From positions 7,451,143 to 7,515,142 of the forward strand of contig CM119270.1 in assembly GCA_051294375.1 (NCBI GenBank): a DNA stretch of 64,000 nucleotides, read 5' to 3'. This document shows positions 1-11,557 of the stretch, in pieces (position 1 is the stretch's first letter; each line of letters opens with the position of its first letter). The stretch comes from Paraspadella gotoi. Its lineage: Eukaryota; Animalia; Chaetognatha. The notes beneath the pieces were generated by a model. It saw only the letters and a program-made list of their open reading frames with translations. It did not search any database and was not told the origin of the DNA. The position numbers were made by a program, and so were the translations under genes.

Positions 1-97
1 CATCTACTCCTTGTTCTCTGGCTTCTGGGGCGGATTTTTTTTTATCATCACCGGAATTTTCGGCATCTTTGCCAACAAAAAAAATGACCTCTGTCTG
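1..97 (+). CDS. Exon (5'-truncated by window) of MS4A/CD20-like tetraspan domain, TM2
   Basis: Frame from base 2 reads IYSLFSGFWGGFFFIITGIFGIFANKKNDLCL, matching the MS4A/CD20 TM2 pattern (G.PFWGG.FFIISG.L.I.A). Ends at donor GTGAGA (98), phase 0. Confidence 0.75.
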
Positions 98-829
98 GTG
101 AGATTTCTTTTCCTTAATTCTTTTAACAGCTCCGTTAACACATTGTATAATATTTATATTTATATTAGTTGTACCATTTTCATTTATTAATAATTTTTGC
201 TTATAATGAAAAATTTAAATAAATACTACAGGTGATGGCAAAAAGAACAAGAGAGAAATAATGAGAGAGAGAAAAATACTCTAGATACTTACTACGTTGT
301 TATGTACCGTAGGAGAGGCATAAATAGAGAAAAGTTTTGGATCTCTTTTCTTAATCCCTATACCTACTTTTAACCTTAATATTTAACCCTGTTCTGGTTT
401 AAGGCCTCACACATACAAGATAATAACAAAGCAGTTCCTTGAAATCATTAAATCAAGACTCTCCCAGTTACGCTTATTTACTTCCAGAGTACCTGGCTTC
501 CCTATCAAGGAAGTGGTATAAAGTTTCAAAGAATGTTTCAATTGTATAAAGGAACCACTTCCTTAAGTATTAGAAAGGGTAATACTGTATTGTACTCTAT
601 ACTAGCATCAAAATACAAGGAGCTAATCCTAATTACTAACCTCATCCATAACAACTCACCTAATTCTCAACCCTTTTGAGCAATTTCTAATGCTATTTTT
701 GAACCTTATCCCGACCTATATCCTTTAGCCCTAACCTAATCACCAACTTCTAACCGATAAGTTTTGGCGGAATACGCCCCAAATTTTTGTAGTGTATATT
801 CTTGAATTTCTTTCTTTTTTTTTTTGCAG

Positions 830-899
830 TTGTTTTTGTTCTTCATAACTACTTTGGCTTCTGCAGTATTATCCTTAGGGGCTATAATATTTATAGGAG
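830..899 (+). CDS. Exon of MS4A/CD20-like domain, TM3
   Basis: Strong poly-T tract + CAG acceptor (827-829). Reads LFLFFITTLASAVLSLGAIIFIG (hydrophobic). Donor GTAAAC at 900; phase 0 in, phase 1 out. Confidence 0.75.
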
Positions 900-976
900 G
901 TAAACGATTTCATTTTTTAAAAAAATAACAGTTTCGTTAAATGCCTATTTTAAGAAATAATCTTTTTAATATTTAG

Positions 977-1257
977 TCCCGAGCGTCACTACCGTAAAAA
1001 GAGTCCACGATGCCTTTGGAGGAATTTACCTTGCCAACGCCATACTGAGCCTCCTTTCTTCTTTTTGGGGATTCCTTGCCTCCTTTGTCTCCTGTTTCCG
1101 GCAATGCTGCGGCAATTGCTGCAGAGACTGCTATGAAGAATGCTGCGGCGATTGCTTCGACGATTGTATTTGTTGTGGTTGCAAGTGTACCACAGTCTCG
1201 GATGAAAGTGAGATACAGGAAAGGCCACCGACGATTGCGCAAATCGAAACACCTGTG
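977..1257 (+). CDS. Exon: MS4A-like TM4 + cysteine-rich segment + linker
   Basis: TAG acceptor (974-976), phase 1. Reads VPSVTTVKRVHDAFGGIYLANAILSLLSSFWGFLASFVSCFRQCCGNCCRDCYEECCGDCFDDCICCGCKCTTVSDESEIQERPPTIAQIETPV. Donor GTAAAT at 1258 (phase 0); if unspliced the frame stops at TAA 1342-1344. Confidence 0.72.
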
Positions 1258-1502
1258 GTAAATTTCTCTTTGAATTCAAAAAACTCTTTAAAATTTATAA
1301 AAATCAACATGATCTTAAATCTTAATATTCGCTCTAAAATTTAACGTTTTTATCAATAAGAGTAAGCTTTTGTTCTGAATATACTAAATTCATTTGTGCT
1401 AAAACATATTAAAATTAAAATAATTAAATATTTATTAATGCGTATATTCGTACGTAACTTTCACTAAGCTCTAATGTATATATATATATATTTTTTTTTT
1501 AG

Positions 1503-1664
1503 CATGTGATGACCAAACTGGAACAAAGAAAATTACAACAAAAAGTTTCTGGACCTGCAGATCTTGTTTTAAGTGAAAACTTAACAGCGCCGGAAAAGAT
1601 GGTTTTTGCAGAAATTAGAAAGGGTGATAATGACGCAACAATTTCACTCTTAAAAAATCCAAAT
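1503..1664 (+). CDS. TRPC: TRPC-like channel exon, N-terminal region/first ankyrin repeat
   Basis: Poly-T + AG acceptor (1501-1502). Reads HVMTKLEQ...LTAPEKMVFAEIRKGDNDATISLLKNPN, resembling TRPC L+..EK.FL.A.EKGD. Donor GTAAGT at 1665, phase 0. Possible independent ATG at 1509. Symbol is family level only. Confidence 0.8.
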
Positions 1665-1780
1665 GTAAGTATAAATTTAATATTTTTAAATGTCTTGTTT
1701 TAATTAATTGTCACTTTTAAAAGCGACTAAATTTTTTTTCACATTCATGGATAAATATTATCACATTAAAACAATTTAAG

Positions 1781-2217
1781 GTCGAGGTTGACCTGAATAA
1801 ACGCGACTTTTACGGACGAACCATCCTTTCTTACGCCGTTCTTCGCAATAATGAGGAACTCATTGATTTTATGACGGGAAATGAATTTCCTGCACATAGA
1901 AAACCAGTTTATATCGGAGACTGTCTCGCCTACGCAATTGAAGACCGAAATTACAGCATTGCCGAAAAAATCCTTAACTACGCCGAGTACATGGGATGGT
2001 TGGAGCGCCAAGACAAGTTCGAGACGAAGAAGTCAAGAAAAAATTTCGAATCCGTTAAAACTGGAAGTTATTGCTTCGTGCACCAAGATTCATTCGGTCC
2101 TATCAAAGAAAACGTTAGTGTAAAATTTACAGATGACGTTCTGCGCAATCCTATTATACAGGCCAGCATCATGGATGATTACCCTCTCATTCAACTGCTT
2201 TACGGAAAAGGTTTCAG
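1781..2217 (+). CDS. TRPC: TRPC-like channel exon, ankyrin repeats
   Basis: AAG acceptor (1778-1780). Reads VEVDLNKRDFYGRTILSYAVLRNNEELIDFM...IGDCLAYAIEDRNYSIAEKILN...NPIIQASIMDDYPLIQLLYGKGF (ankyrin consensus). Donor GTAAGG at 2218, phase 2. Confidence 0.88.
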
Positions 2218-2814
2218 GTAAGGGTTAATACTATTAATAATAGTCCATAAAAACATGGGATCGCAAAGAAAAAATTTGTAACATCTTTAACATCGTCCAA
2301 TCTAAGAGACAAACCTTTGTAGATGATTTAAAATCGTTAAATAATTCTGAGAATGATAAAATTTCCCTTTATAATATTTCAATTTATATCAATTGATCAA
2401 TTGATTGTGAATGAAATAATGCTTAATTAGGAAATTGATATTTACATAATATTGTACTATCTGACTGTAATCAAGATTTGAGACGTTTTGGCGGTACATT
2501 CACACCGCCTCGAATCCACAGTCCTAATGACTTGGAAAAGCGAGACCGTCCTAGGGTAACCGCGCCAGTGACTGGAGGCGTCACTGAGGGTCGGAAGCCC
2601 TCAAAGCCAAGAGTGAGATGCTCCATAACATGGGGTGGGTTAACCGTCAACCGGCATTTGACAGGCTCAATTTATATGTACTGTTTCCACTGTTATGTTA
2701 TGTTAACAGTGTACAGTTATCAATAATTATGTTATAATTTTTAAAATAACTTAGTGATACTAACGAGATAGGTTCCACGAAAACAAACCTAATTATAACG
2801 CTTTTAACTCACAG

Positions 2815-4813
2815 GGTTACGATCGATGGTGATCCCGAAGATGAAAAACCTATTCCTCGATTAAATCGGTTCAGAGCTCTTTGCAGTCCAAGCTATCTCA
2901 GTGTCAACGAATTAGATGCCATTGAAGTCTGCTTCAAAAACTCGGGTTTGCTCGACTCTTTGGCCGACAACGATCCAGTGTATTCAGTTGAGTACAGGCG
3001 GCTCGCGAGCCAAGTGCGTAACTATGCAGTCCAATTGTTGAGCGAGTGTAGAAATGAAAAAGAAATTAAAATGATTTTGACCAAATTCAATGAGCAAAAA
3101 AATTATATAGACTCTGATTTTGGAGTATTCAAATATCCAAGGTTGGAAGAGGCCATAAAATATGAACAAAAAGAATTTATCGCTCACCCACATTGTCAGA
3201 AGGTTATCAATGAAATGTGGTCAAGCCGTGGTGTCACTAAAATGAGCTTCGGTCGAATTTTTGTCTCGTTTTTGATTCAAATACTTCTGGTTCCAATATC
3301 TACTCTCTATCTTCTGTTCATTGTGGACAGAGCATCATCTATTAGAAAGGTCTATCCTCATATCAAAAAATCAAAATCTGAAGACTCGATTATACCCGAC
3401 GAATGGAAAAAGTTTGTTAAAATATTTTTAAAAAGTCCATTTTCTATTGCTCTTAGATATTATGGGACTTTTTTGGTATTTCTAATTTTACTTGCTGTGG
3501 AGGTGTTCCGACCAACTCAGAAAATTCGCCCTATGATGACCTATGGATGCAATTTGGACGCTTTGGAAGTCGTTATAATGATTTTTATTTTTGGTTACAT
3601 GAAGCATGTGTGGATGAAAATTTACAATTATGGTCGAGTCTTTTTCTATAAACTAGAAAATATATCGTATATGTTTTGGGTAACTTGTGCTTTTCTTTCC
3701 TATGTCGTTTGGGGCATTGGATTTCTCAGATCAAATAATAATTGCGATGAGTCAAAAGTTACTCCTCGATATCAGTGGACAGAGAAACAGGGATACATCG
3801 TCGCTTCTGAAATATTCTTTATGATAGCAGTGATTGGATCTTTTCTTAAGATTCTTGAAATTTGTCAAATAAATCATTACCTCGGCATAATGCAGTACAT
3901 TCTGTATCAAACGTTCAAAGACACCATGTACATTTTGGGCATGTTTTGCTTATTTATTCTTTGTTTCGCGTTAGGGCTTCATTTGCTTTATTTTAATTAT
4001 ACGACTGGCAACTGGCAAATAGAAAACAACGAATTATCTGGCTTGCCCGAATGTAAGCAAATGGAAGGAGAGTTTTCCAATTTTAAAACGACCATCAAGA
4101 CGCTGACCTGGGATCTTTTTGGTTATGGTAACACTGGACTTCTGGACATCATGCAACCGAACATAAGGCACAAAAATGGGACGTTATTGGATCCAACCAA
4201 GATGGAGGAGATGCGTGAACTTTTGTGTTATCCCTATTTAAACAAGGAAGAATGGAATAACATCTCCGACAGGGAAGATCTCCGCCAAACCTTTGAGCCA
4301 AACCTTTCCGAGGCGACAGAATTTTTCGGTTATGGCATCGTCTTCGTTTATCACTTGATTTCCATCGTCCTCTTGCTAAATCTACTAATTGCAAAAATGA
4401 GTCAGACTTATTCAAAAATATCTGATAATGCGGACAAAGAATGGAAGTTTCAGAGAACGATATACCTCACAGGATTTATGGATCTCTACGAATCCATCCC
4501 ACCGCCTTTCAATCTAATTCCACGGGTTCAACAAATAAAGGAATTGTTTGAGGACTGCGGGGTGAAAACCAATCACATTGAACGAGGATTATCGGAAACC
4601 AATGGGAGTATAGGGCCAAATGGATCAAAGAATAAGGAATACTATGAATTTGAAGATTTGCTGCATCAGCGACTGCTGCAGAAACAATTGGAAGAGGCTG
4701 GCAACAGTGATGACTTGGTTGAAATGACCAAGGAGTTGTTGCAAAATACAAACTCTCTTCTCGGATTGGCGGATAGACAGGCGGATCGACATACAGGGAC
4801 GCCTATGGTGTAA
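2815..4813 (+). CDS. TRPC: TRPC-family (short TRP) cation channel, ~2-kb terminal exon with linker, S1-S6, pore and TRP box
   Basis: CAG acceptor (2812-2814), phase 2, in frame with the 621-aa ORF. Motifs: RLNRFRALCSPSYL, RLEEAIKYEQKEFIAHPHCQ, pore helix TLTWDLFG (cf. LFWSIFG), S6 IVLLLNLLIAKMS, TRP box EWKFQR, IPPPFNLIP. Stop TAA ends at 4813. Confidence 0.95.
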
Positions 4814-5177
4814 CATCATTCTCAGCATTACAAGAAAATAAGGGCCTGAATTTATTAATTTTTTTATCCTATTGTGTTTTTGGATTTGATATTTTTGTTT
4901 TAATTTAATGTAATTTCAAAGTTAAAAAAAATTATGAGCTAAAACAGCTCCGCCTGTTTGACATAGTTTGGCTCTAATTTTTTTTCTAAATTTTTTATAA
5001 ATTAGTATACCCTATAACAAAGACTGAAAGGGACATAGAATGATCAGAAGATCTAAAATTGAATGCTGAAAGAACATATTTTTTTAAAGTTCCAACAAGC
5101 AACTTGACTCTATCTGCGATTAATTTTATTCATTTTCTAGCTTGTAATGAATGCTTTCAAATTTTTATGAATAGTTA

Positions 5178-7250
5178 CAGTATCGGTTTTGAAGAACCTG
5201 GAAAAGTCCAGGGAGGCTGTAACTTTTTTGTAAATGCTGGAAATCAGTTGAAAATCGAATACGGGTTAGACCTGAGGTGGTTTATTCCCCATAAGAGTTT
5301 GAGCCACTTTAAAAAAAAAATAGTGAATGGGCATTTTTTTGGACAAAAAATTAATTTGCATACTGTAAAAAAAATATGGTAGTAAATACTCTTATATTAT
5401 GGTGATATAACCGGGAGGGTAAAACAAAATGATCAAATACAGCTTTGTTAAAACTCATTTGCATACAGTAGCAATATATTTTTTCATAATATTGTATTTT
5501 CAGTCTTATGATAATTTAAAAGAAATGTATTTCAAATAATAGCTAACTGATACACGAATAACATACAATGCATAAAATAGAATATTTGTTATTCTTTAAT
5601 CCAAAATTAATTTTCAACAAAATATAAAAATATGCATTTTTTTGAACAAATGTTTTTTTAAAATAGTAATTATGCAACCAACTGTCCTCGATGCACTGAT
5701 TACAAATATATAATTTTTTTTTAAATACGACTACTATATTATGAAATATAACCCTTCAAAACCTTAAAAAATACAGAAAAACACCCTTAATTCAAACTTT
5801 AATAAAAACCGTTCCAATGATATTACATCTCTCATACTTTAATACATATCAAGGAGAACCATCAGGTTTATTGTGTAAAAGTTATAGATAACTTCGATAA
5901 GGAATGACTGCACAGGGAGCGAAAAATAGATGGATGAACTATATCAGCTTGTAATTGAATAATGTACTCTTGCTTAATAAGGCGGCACAAAGTAAAATTT
6001 TTATTTTTTAAGAACCGATTCAGATAGCCCATAAAAAGTTTTTGACACAAAGTATAATGCGTTTTTCAATATTTTGATGATAAGTGGGTCAAATAACGGA
6101 AAAACTCTTTAAAATCATCATCATCATCGTCCTACCATAATTTTTATAGTTTTTGTTAATATTAAGCAATAAAACAATAAAATTTGAAAATCTTGTAGTA
6201 ATATTTTTTATTTATTTTTTCAATCTCTACCCGAATCCGCTTTTAAAAATTCTGATTTTGAAAAAAAAAATTTTCATGATTTATAGTAATACGATAAACT
6301 TTAAATGCTTTTATATTATTTACTATATATAAAATCTTAATTTTTTTTTTCAATTCATCCCACAGGGATGCTCTAACGTTATTTATATTACAGAACTCTT
6401 AGTTTTTACTTTGTTCCGCCTTATTAAGCAAGAGTATATTATTCAATTACAAGCTGATATAGTTCATCTATCTAATTTTCGCCTTCCTGTGCAGTCATTC
6501 CTTATCGAAGTTATCTATAACTTTCACACAATAAACCTGATGGTTCTCCTTGATATGTATTAAAGTATGAGAGATGTAATATCATTGGAACGGTTTTTAT
6601 TAAAGTTTGAATTAAGGGTGTTTTTCTGTATTTTTTAAGGTTTTGAAGGGTTATATTTCATAATATAGTAGTCGTATTTAAAAAAAAAATTATATATATT
6701 TGTAATCAGTGCACCAAGGACAGTTGGTTGGCATAATTACTATTTTTAAAAAAACATTTGTTCAAAAAAATGCATATTTTTATAATTTGTTGAAAATTAA
6801 TTTTGGATTAAAGAATAACAAATATTCTATTTTATGCATTGTATGTTATTGGTGTATCAGTTAGCTATTATTTGAAATAATATTTTTTTTAAATTATCAT
6901 AAGACTGAAAATACAATATTATGAAAAAAATATATTGCTACTGTATGCAAATGAGTTTTTAACAAAGCTGTATTTGATCATTTTGTTTTACCACTGGTTT
7001 AGGCAACCCCTCCCGGTTATATCACCATAATATAAGAGTATTTACTACCATATTTTTTTTACAGTATGCAAATTAATTTTTTGTCCAAAAAAATGCCCAT
7101 TCACTATTTTTTTTTTAAAGTGGCTCAAACTCTTATGGGGAATAAACCACCCTCAGGTCTAACCCGTATTCGATTTTCACCTGATTTCCAGCATTTACAA
7201 AAAAGTTACAGCCTCCCTGGACTTTTCCAGGTTCTTCAAAACCGATACTG
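5178..7250. mobile_element. Non-autonomous Tc1/mariner-type foldback DNA transposon with ~820-bp terminal inverted repeats
   Basis: 5178-~5998 is the near-perfect reverse complement of ~6403-7250. Termini CAGTATCGG...CCGATACTG are flanked by TA (5176-5177 and 7251-7252). ~400-bp AT-rich spacer, no transposase ORF. Confidence 0.88.
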
Positions 7251-7476
7251 TATCTGTCGTCTGAGAATAAATTATGAAATGGCTCAAGTAATTCATTTAT
7301 TACCTTTTAACATATGTATATTGTATAATTCATGAATAAAGTGTTATTGGAATCGGTACTGAATGTTATTGTCTAATATTTCTATTGATATTGGTATTAG
7401 ATTCTATGAATAAAATAATTATTGGTTACTAATTTTTTATAAGACTTTTAACATAATTTATTGTAGTTAACAAATG

Positions 7477-7478
<2 letters not shown>

Positions 7479-7530
<52 letters not shown>
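7479..7530. repeat. (CT)n microsatellite (one of many in the window)
   Basis: Perfect CT run seen directly. Confidence 0.95.
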
Positions 7531-7533
<3 letters not shown>

Positions 7534-8238
7534 CTCTGCTCTTCTCTCCACCATGCCATCTCAACGAGGCCGTTTATTTGCCATTTCCGGTCGGCGTACG
7601 ACGGCCATTTGCGTCCTTTTTTTCGCGCCGTCATCGCCACATCAAAACGAGACCCATTAAGGCCCGTTCTTCTTGTCGCCGTAGCTATCGTCTTCCTCGT
7701 CTTTGTCTTCGTTGTCGTCGTCTTCGTCGTCGTCGTCGTATTTGTCGTCGTCTTCGTCATTGTTTATGCCGAATAATTCTTCTGTTTTCGGTTGAGATTT
7801 TCTCGTTGACGCTCCGCGATCTTCGTTGTCGTTGTTGTCGTCTTTTTCGTTGTTTAATTTTTTTTGGCTTCAGTTTCTAATTAATTTATTTAAGTTTTGT
7901 GTATTAAAATGTTTGATGTCGAACCAGATGTCAGATGTACCGATGTACCATTATATAATATATAATATAATATATATACCCGATGCTGGGCATGGCCATT
8001 TGCCAATTATTTGATGACTTGGGGAAAAAAAATATCTTGTTATCTCTTAATACAGATAAAAAGCAGAAGATAAGACCTTACATCCTTCAGTTGTAAAGTC
8101 TTGTTCTGTCTTATTGTTTTGGTTCACTTTTTTCAGGGGCAATATAAGTTGTAGGGGGTCTGAGGTTTTGAGGATTTTTTGGGGCTCATTTATTGTTTCT
8201 TTTAATTTTTGTTGAGCATATTTTTTCTTCATATTAAA

Positions 8239-8445
8239 GTCGTCGTCGTCTTCATCTCTGTCGTCGTTGTCATCTTCATCGTCGTCTTCATCTGCCCCCT
8301 TCCGTCCTCGTCGTCGTCGTCGTCGTCATCTTCATCGTCGTCGTCATCTGCCCTCTTCCGTCTTCATCGTCGTCGTCATCTTCATCGTCGTCTTCATCTG
8401 CCCCCTTCGTCTTCGTCGTCGTCGTCATCTTCATCGTCGTCGTCG
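8239..8445. repeat. Compound (GTC/ATC)n-derived minisatellite, ~50-56 bp period
   Basis: CTTCATCGTCGTC.TCATCTGCCC recurs at ~8274, ~8330 and ~8380. Confidence 0.75.
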
Positions 8446-8839
8446 CGCTCTTCCACTTTCACATCGTCAGGGGTCATTTTTCATCTCCTTTCACTTTTCA
8501 AGTCTCTAGCTTCTTTTTACAACCACCAAGTGTAGCTGGAAGGAATTCCACCTTTTTTCGCTTCTTTTTTCGTGGAAGTGGAAATTCATTTTTTTGCGTC
8601 ATGACCATCTGGGTCGACCTTTTCACCGTCAACGATTCCAGCGATCAGGACCGATAATCTTTGGTTCTCCAACCGCGACTTTTCGCTGTCTCGATCTATA
8701 TCACATCTCATCAGCAAATCCTTGTAACGACACATCAACCACCACAGTTGCACACCAACTCTAAACTACCATACCTACCACAAAACTTAATCACAACGTT
8801 TAGAACCACCTTCCAAATTCTTTTTCCCACTGCGTTTCA

Positions 8840-9275
8840 ACAAAGCCACCACCCCAAACCACGATCACTAACCTCTACCCAAACCACCACCCTAAACCAC
8901 CACCCTAAACAAATAACCGCAAACCATCGCTCCAAACAACCAAATCACCAAATCACCATCTCAAAACGCCCCAAAAAAAACCACCTCAAACCATCAACCC
9001 AAACCACTACCTCAATCTAACACCACAAATATCCACACACCACCACCCAAAACCTCCACCCAAAACTAACCGCCACAAATCCCCCCAAACATCCACACAA
9101 ACAACACTCAAACCACTACCTCAAACCACCACCACAAATCCCCGCCCAAACACTCCTCAATCCACCACCTCAAACCACCACAAAAAAATCCCCAACCATA
9201 ACCGCCACCACAAATCCCCACCCCAAACCACCACTCCAAACCACCATCCCAGCCCACCACTCCGAACTCCGCCCA
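8840..9275. repeat. C/A-rich degenerate tandem repeat (AAACCACCACC-like units)
   Basis: Strongly G-depleted strand with recurrent CCACCAC/CTCAAACC/CACAAATCC units. Confidence 0.75.
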
Positions 9276-10558
9276 AAACGGGTTTTTCTCGATCGGCTTC
9301 CGGTTTCCTCGGAGATGAAGAGAAGACGTGACTCTAATGCGAATCGCTTCGCAGATTCTGCCTTTGAAGGGAGTTCGAGTCCCTTCGAAGGGTGTTGAAG
9401 GGCGGTTGAGAGTGGACGAGAGTGGTGGTCGCGGATTGATTGAGGAGTGGACGGAGAGTGGACGGTAATATGAAGAGTGGAGGATTGGTTTTACAGGTGA
9501 GTTACTGACGGGTCCAATCAGGTTTGAAGATAAGGGAAATAAGGGAATTTAAGGGAAATGTTGATGAATTGTTTGTTGTCAAGAACATAAAAAAACAACA
9601 AAAATTCTAAATTTAGTGAGTCTTACTGAAGGCCGCTACCAAGATAGAGAGAAAGAGAGAGAGAGAGGGGGGGGGAGAGAGAAAGAGAAACAGAGAGAGA
9701 GAAAAAGAGAGAGAGTTCAAATATAAGTCACCGATTTGCAGAGAATTTTAGGTCAAATATCGCTTCCTCCCTTGCTTTGACTTTAGAAACTCTTCCTCAT
9801 CCTCCTCTTCCTCATCCTCCTCTTCCTCATCTTCTTCATTCTTCTCTGAAATTGATTAAAACTATTAAATAAATTTAGCCATCCTATTAATCCACCAGAT
9901 CCACATTGATTTTCATTGGTATCCAAAAATCTTTGATGGGACGTAAACCATCTAAAACTAAAACCGAGAAATTTATCACAAAAAATCCGTCGCCTCACGT
10001 TTCTACTCATTTTGCGAAACTCGTCACGATTTCTCGGAAAAGCTCCGTTGGCCCTGGGCGGCCCTCTGCCGGCGAAAATCGCGAGAGGAAACGAGATTTT
10101 CAAATGTCAAATGTAGAAGGAAAATGTCGAACGTCAAAGTAAAAAAAAGGTCAAATGTTGCACCATGAATTAAGTAAAACTCGTTAAGAGATAAATGTCA
10201 TCAATCGTAGTTAAAATATCTTTCCTAAAAAACAAACTTAAAATCAGTAATTGTAAAAATACACATAATTCTCAACTTGAGCCATTGAGATGTCAAACAG
10301 TAATGTAATGTAATTTAAGATATGACTGGTTTTATTTTAATCAATTTAATTTTATGTGGGGAAAATCAACGAATTATCCACGTTAGGTAGATCTCTCTAT
10401 CTATCTATCTCTCTATCTATCTATCTATCTATCTCTCTTTCTCTCTTTCTCTCTTTCTCTCTATCTCTCTCCACCGTTATCTTCGTTGTCTTCATTTCGA
10501 ATTCCGAAGCCTCACCTAATTTTCTTCTCAACGTCCAGTTTTGTTTCTCCCGCAGGGC

Positions 10559-10632
<74 letters not shown>

Positions 10633-11454
10633 CACTAACTAACTAATATACTTCGTCCTTATCTTCCACTTTTCTAACATTGCAAATGTTTGTTCGAGCT
10701 CCTTGCCTCCTTTTCATCACCGTGTATTATTTACAAAACCTCCACGTCCATTCGCGGTCACCATAACATTGACGCCTCACACTGGACTCCCCAACCGCCA
10801 CGCCCACTTTCGGTCACGACAACCGCCACGCCCCCTTTTCGCCCATCACGAATGCTTCTTTCCACGGATTCCTGATGCAGATTCTTCGATATTTTCCTTC
10901 GAGGAAAAATGGAAAACTGGTTTTGGAAAAATGCTAGAAAGGGGGAGGAAGAGGAAGAAGTAAGAAGAGGAAAGAAGAGGAAGGAAGAGGAAGGAATAGG
11001 GAGAAAAGGAAGGAAAGTAGAAGAAGGTAAGATATAAAAGGGGGGAAAACAAAAAAGATGGGGGGGGGAAAAAGAGAGAAAAACAGTAGATTCTGTCAAG
11101 TCTTTCTTTTCTTTCCTCGCTCTTCCTGTCTCCCTTCAACCCTCTGCCTCTTTCTCCCTCTCTCTTTCTCTTTCTATCTCTCTATCTCTCTCCTCATCTC
11201 TCTCTCCGTCTCATCTCTCTCTCATCTCTCCATCTCTCTCTCATCATCTCTCTCTCCTCTCTTTCTCTCCCTGTTTCCGCAATCCGAGAATCGGACCCGG
11301 CGCCTGAAATTCGTATTCCGTGGGCGTGTCCCTCGGCCGAGACCACGACGCCGGAAACGATACCTCGATGGCGCCGAGAAAAGTGAGGCCATCGGGAGAC
11401 TGACATTTTCTAGGGGACTTGTCAAAGAGGGAGAGCGAGAGAGATGAGAGAGAG

Positions 11455-11557
<103 letters not shown>

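Noticed and set aside
973-1279. Listed ORFs 973-1242(-), 989-1279(-) and 1076-1261(+), Ala-rich
   Set aside because: Shadow frames of the Cys-rich exon, whose true frame is fixed by splice phase.
5059-7335. ORFs 5059-5382, 5868-6050 and 7066-7335 as a possible transposase
   Set aside because: They lie largely in the TIRs and show no DDE/HTH motifs.
8670-8716. Minus-strand CTGATGA-GAT...ATC-GAGAC hammerhead-like string
   Set aside because: GAAA box is mutated and there is no stem III/I pairing.
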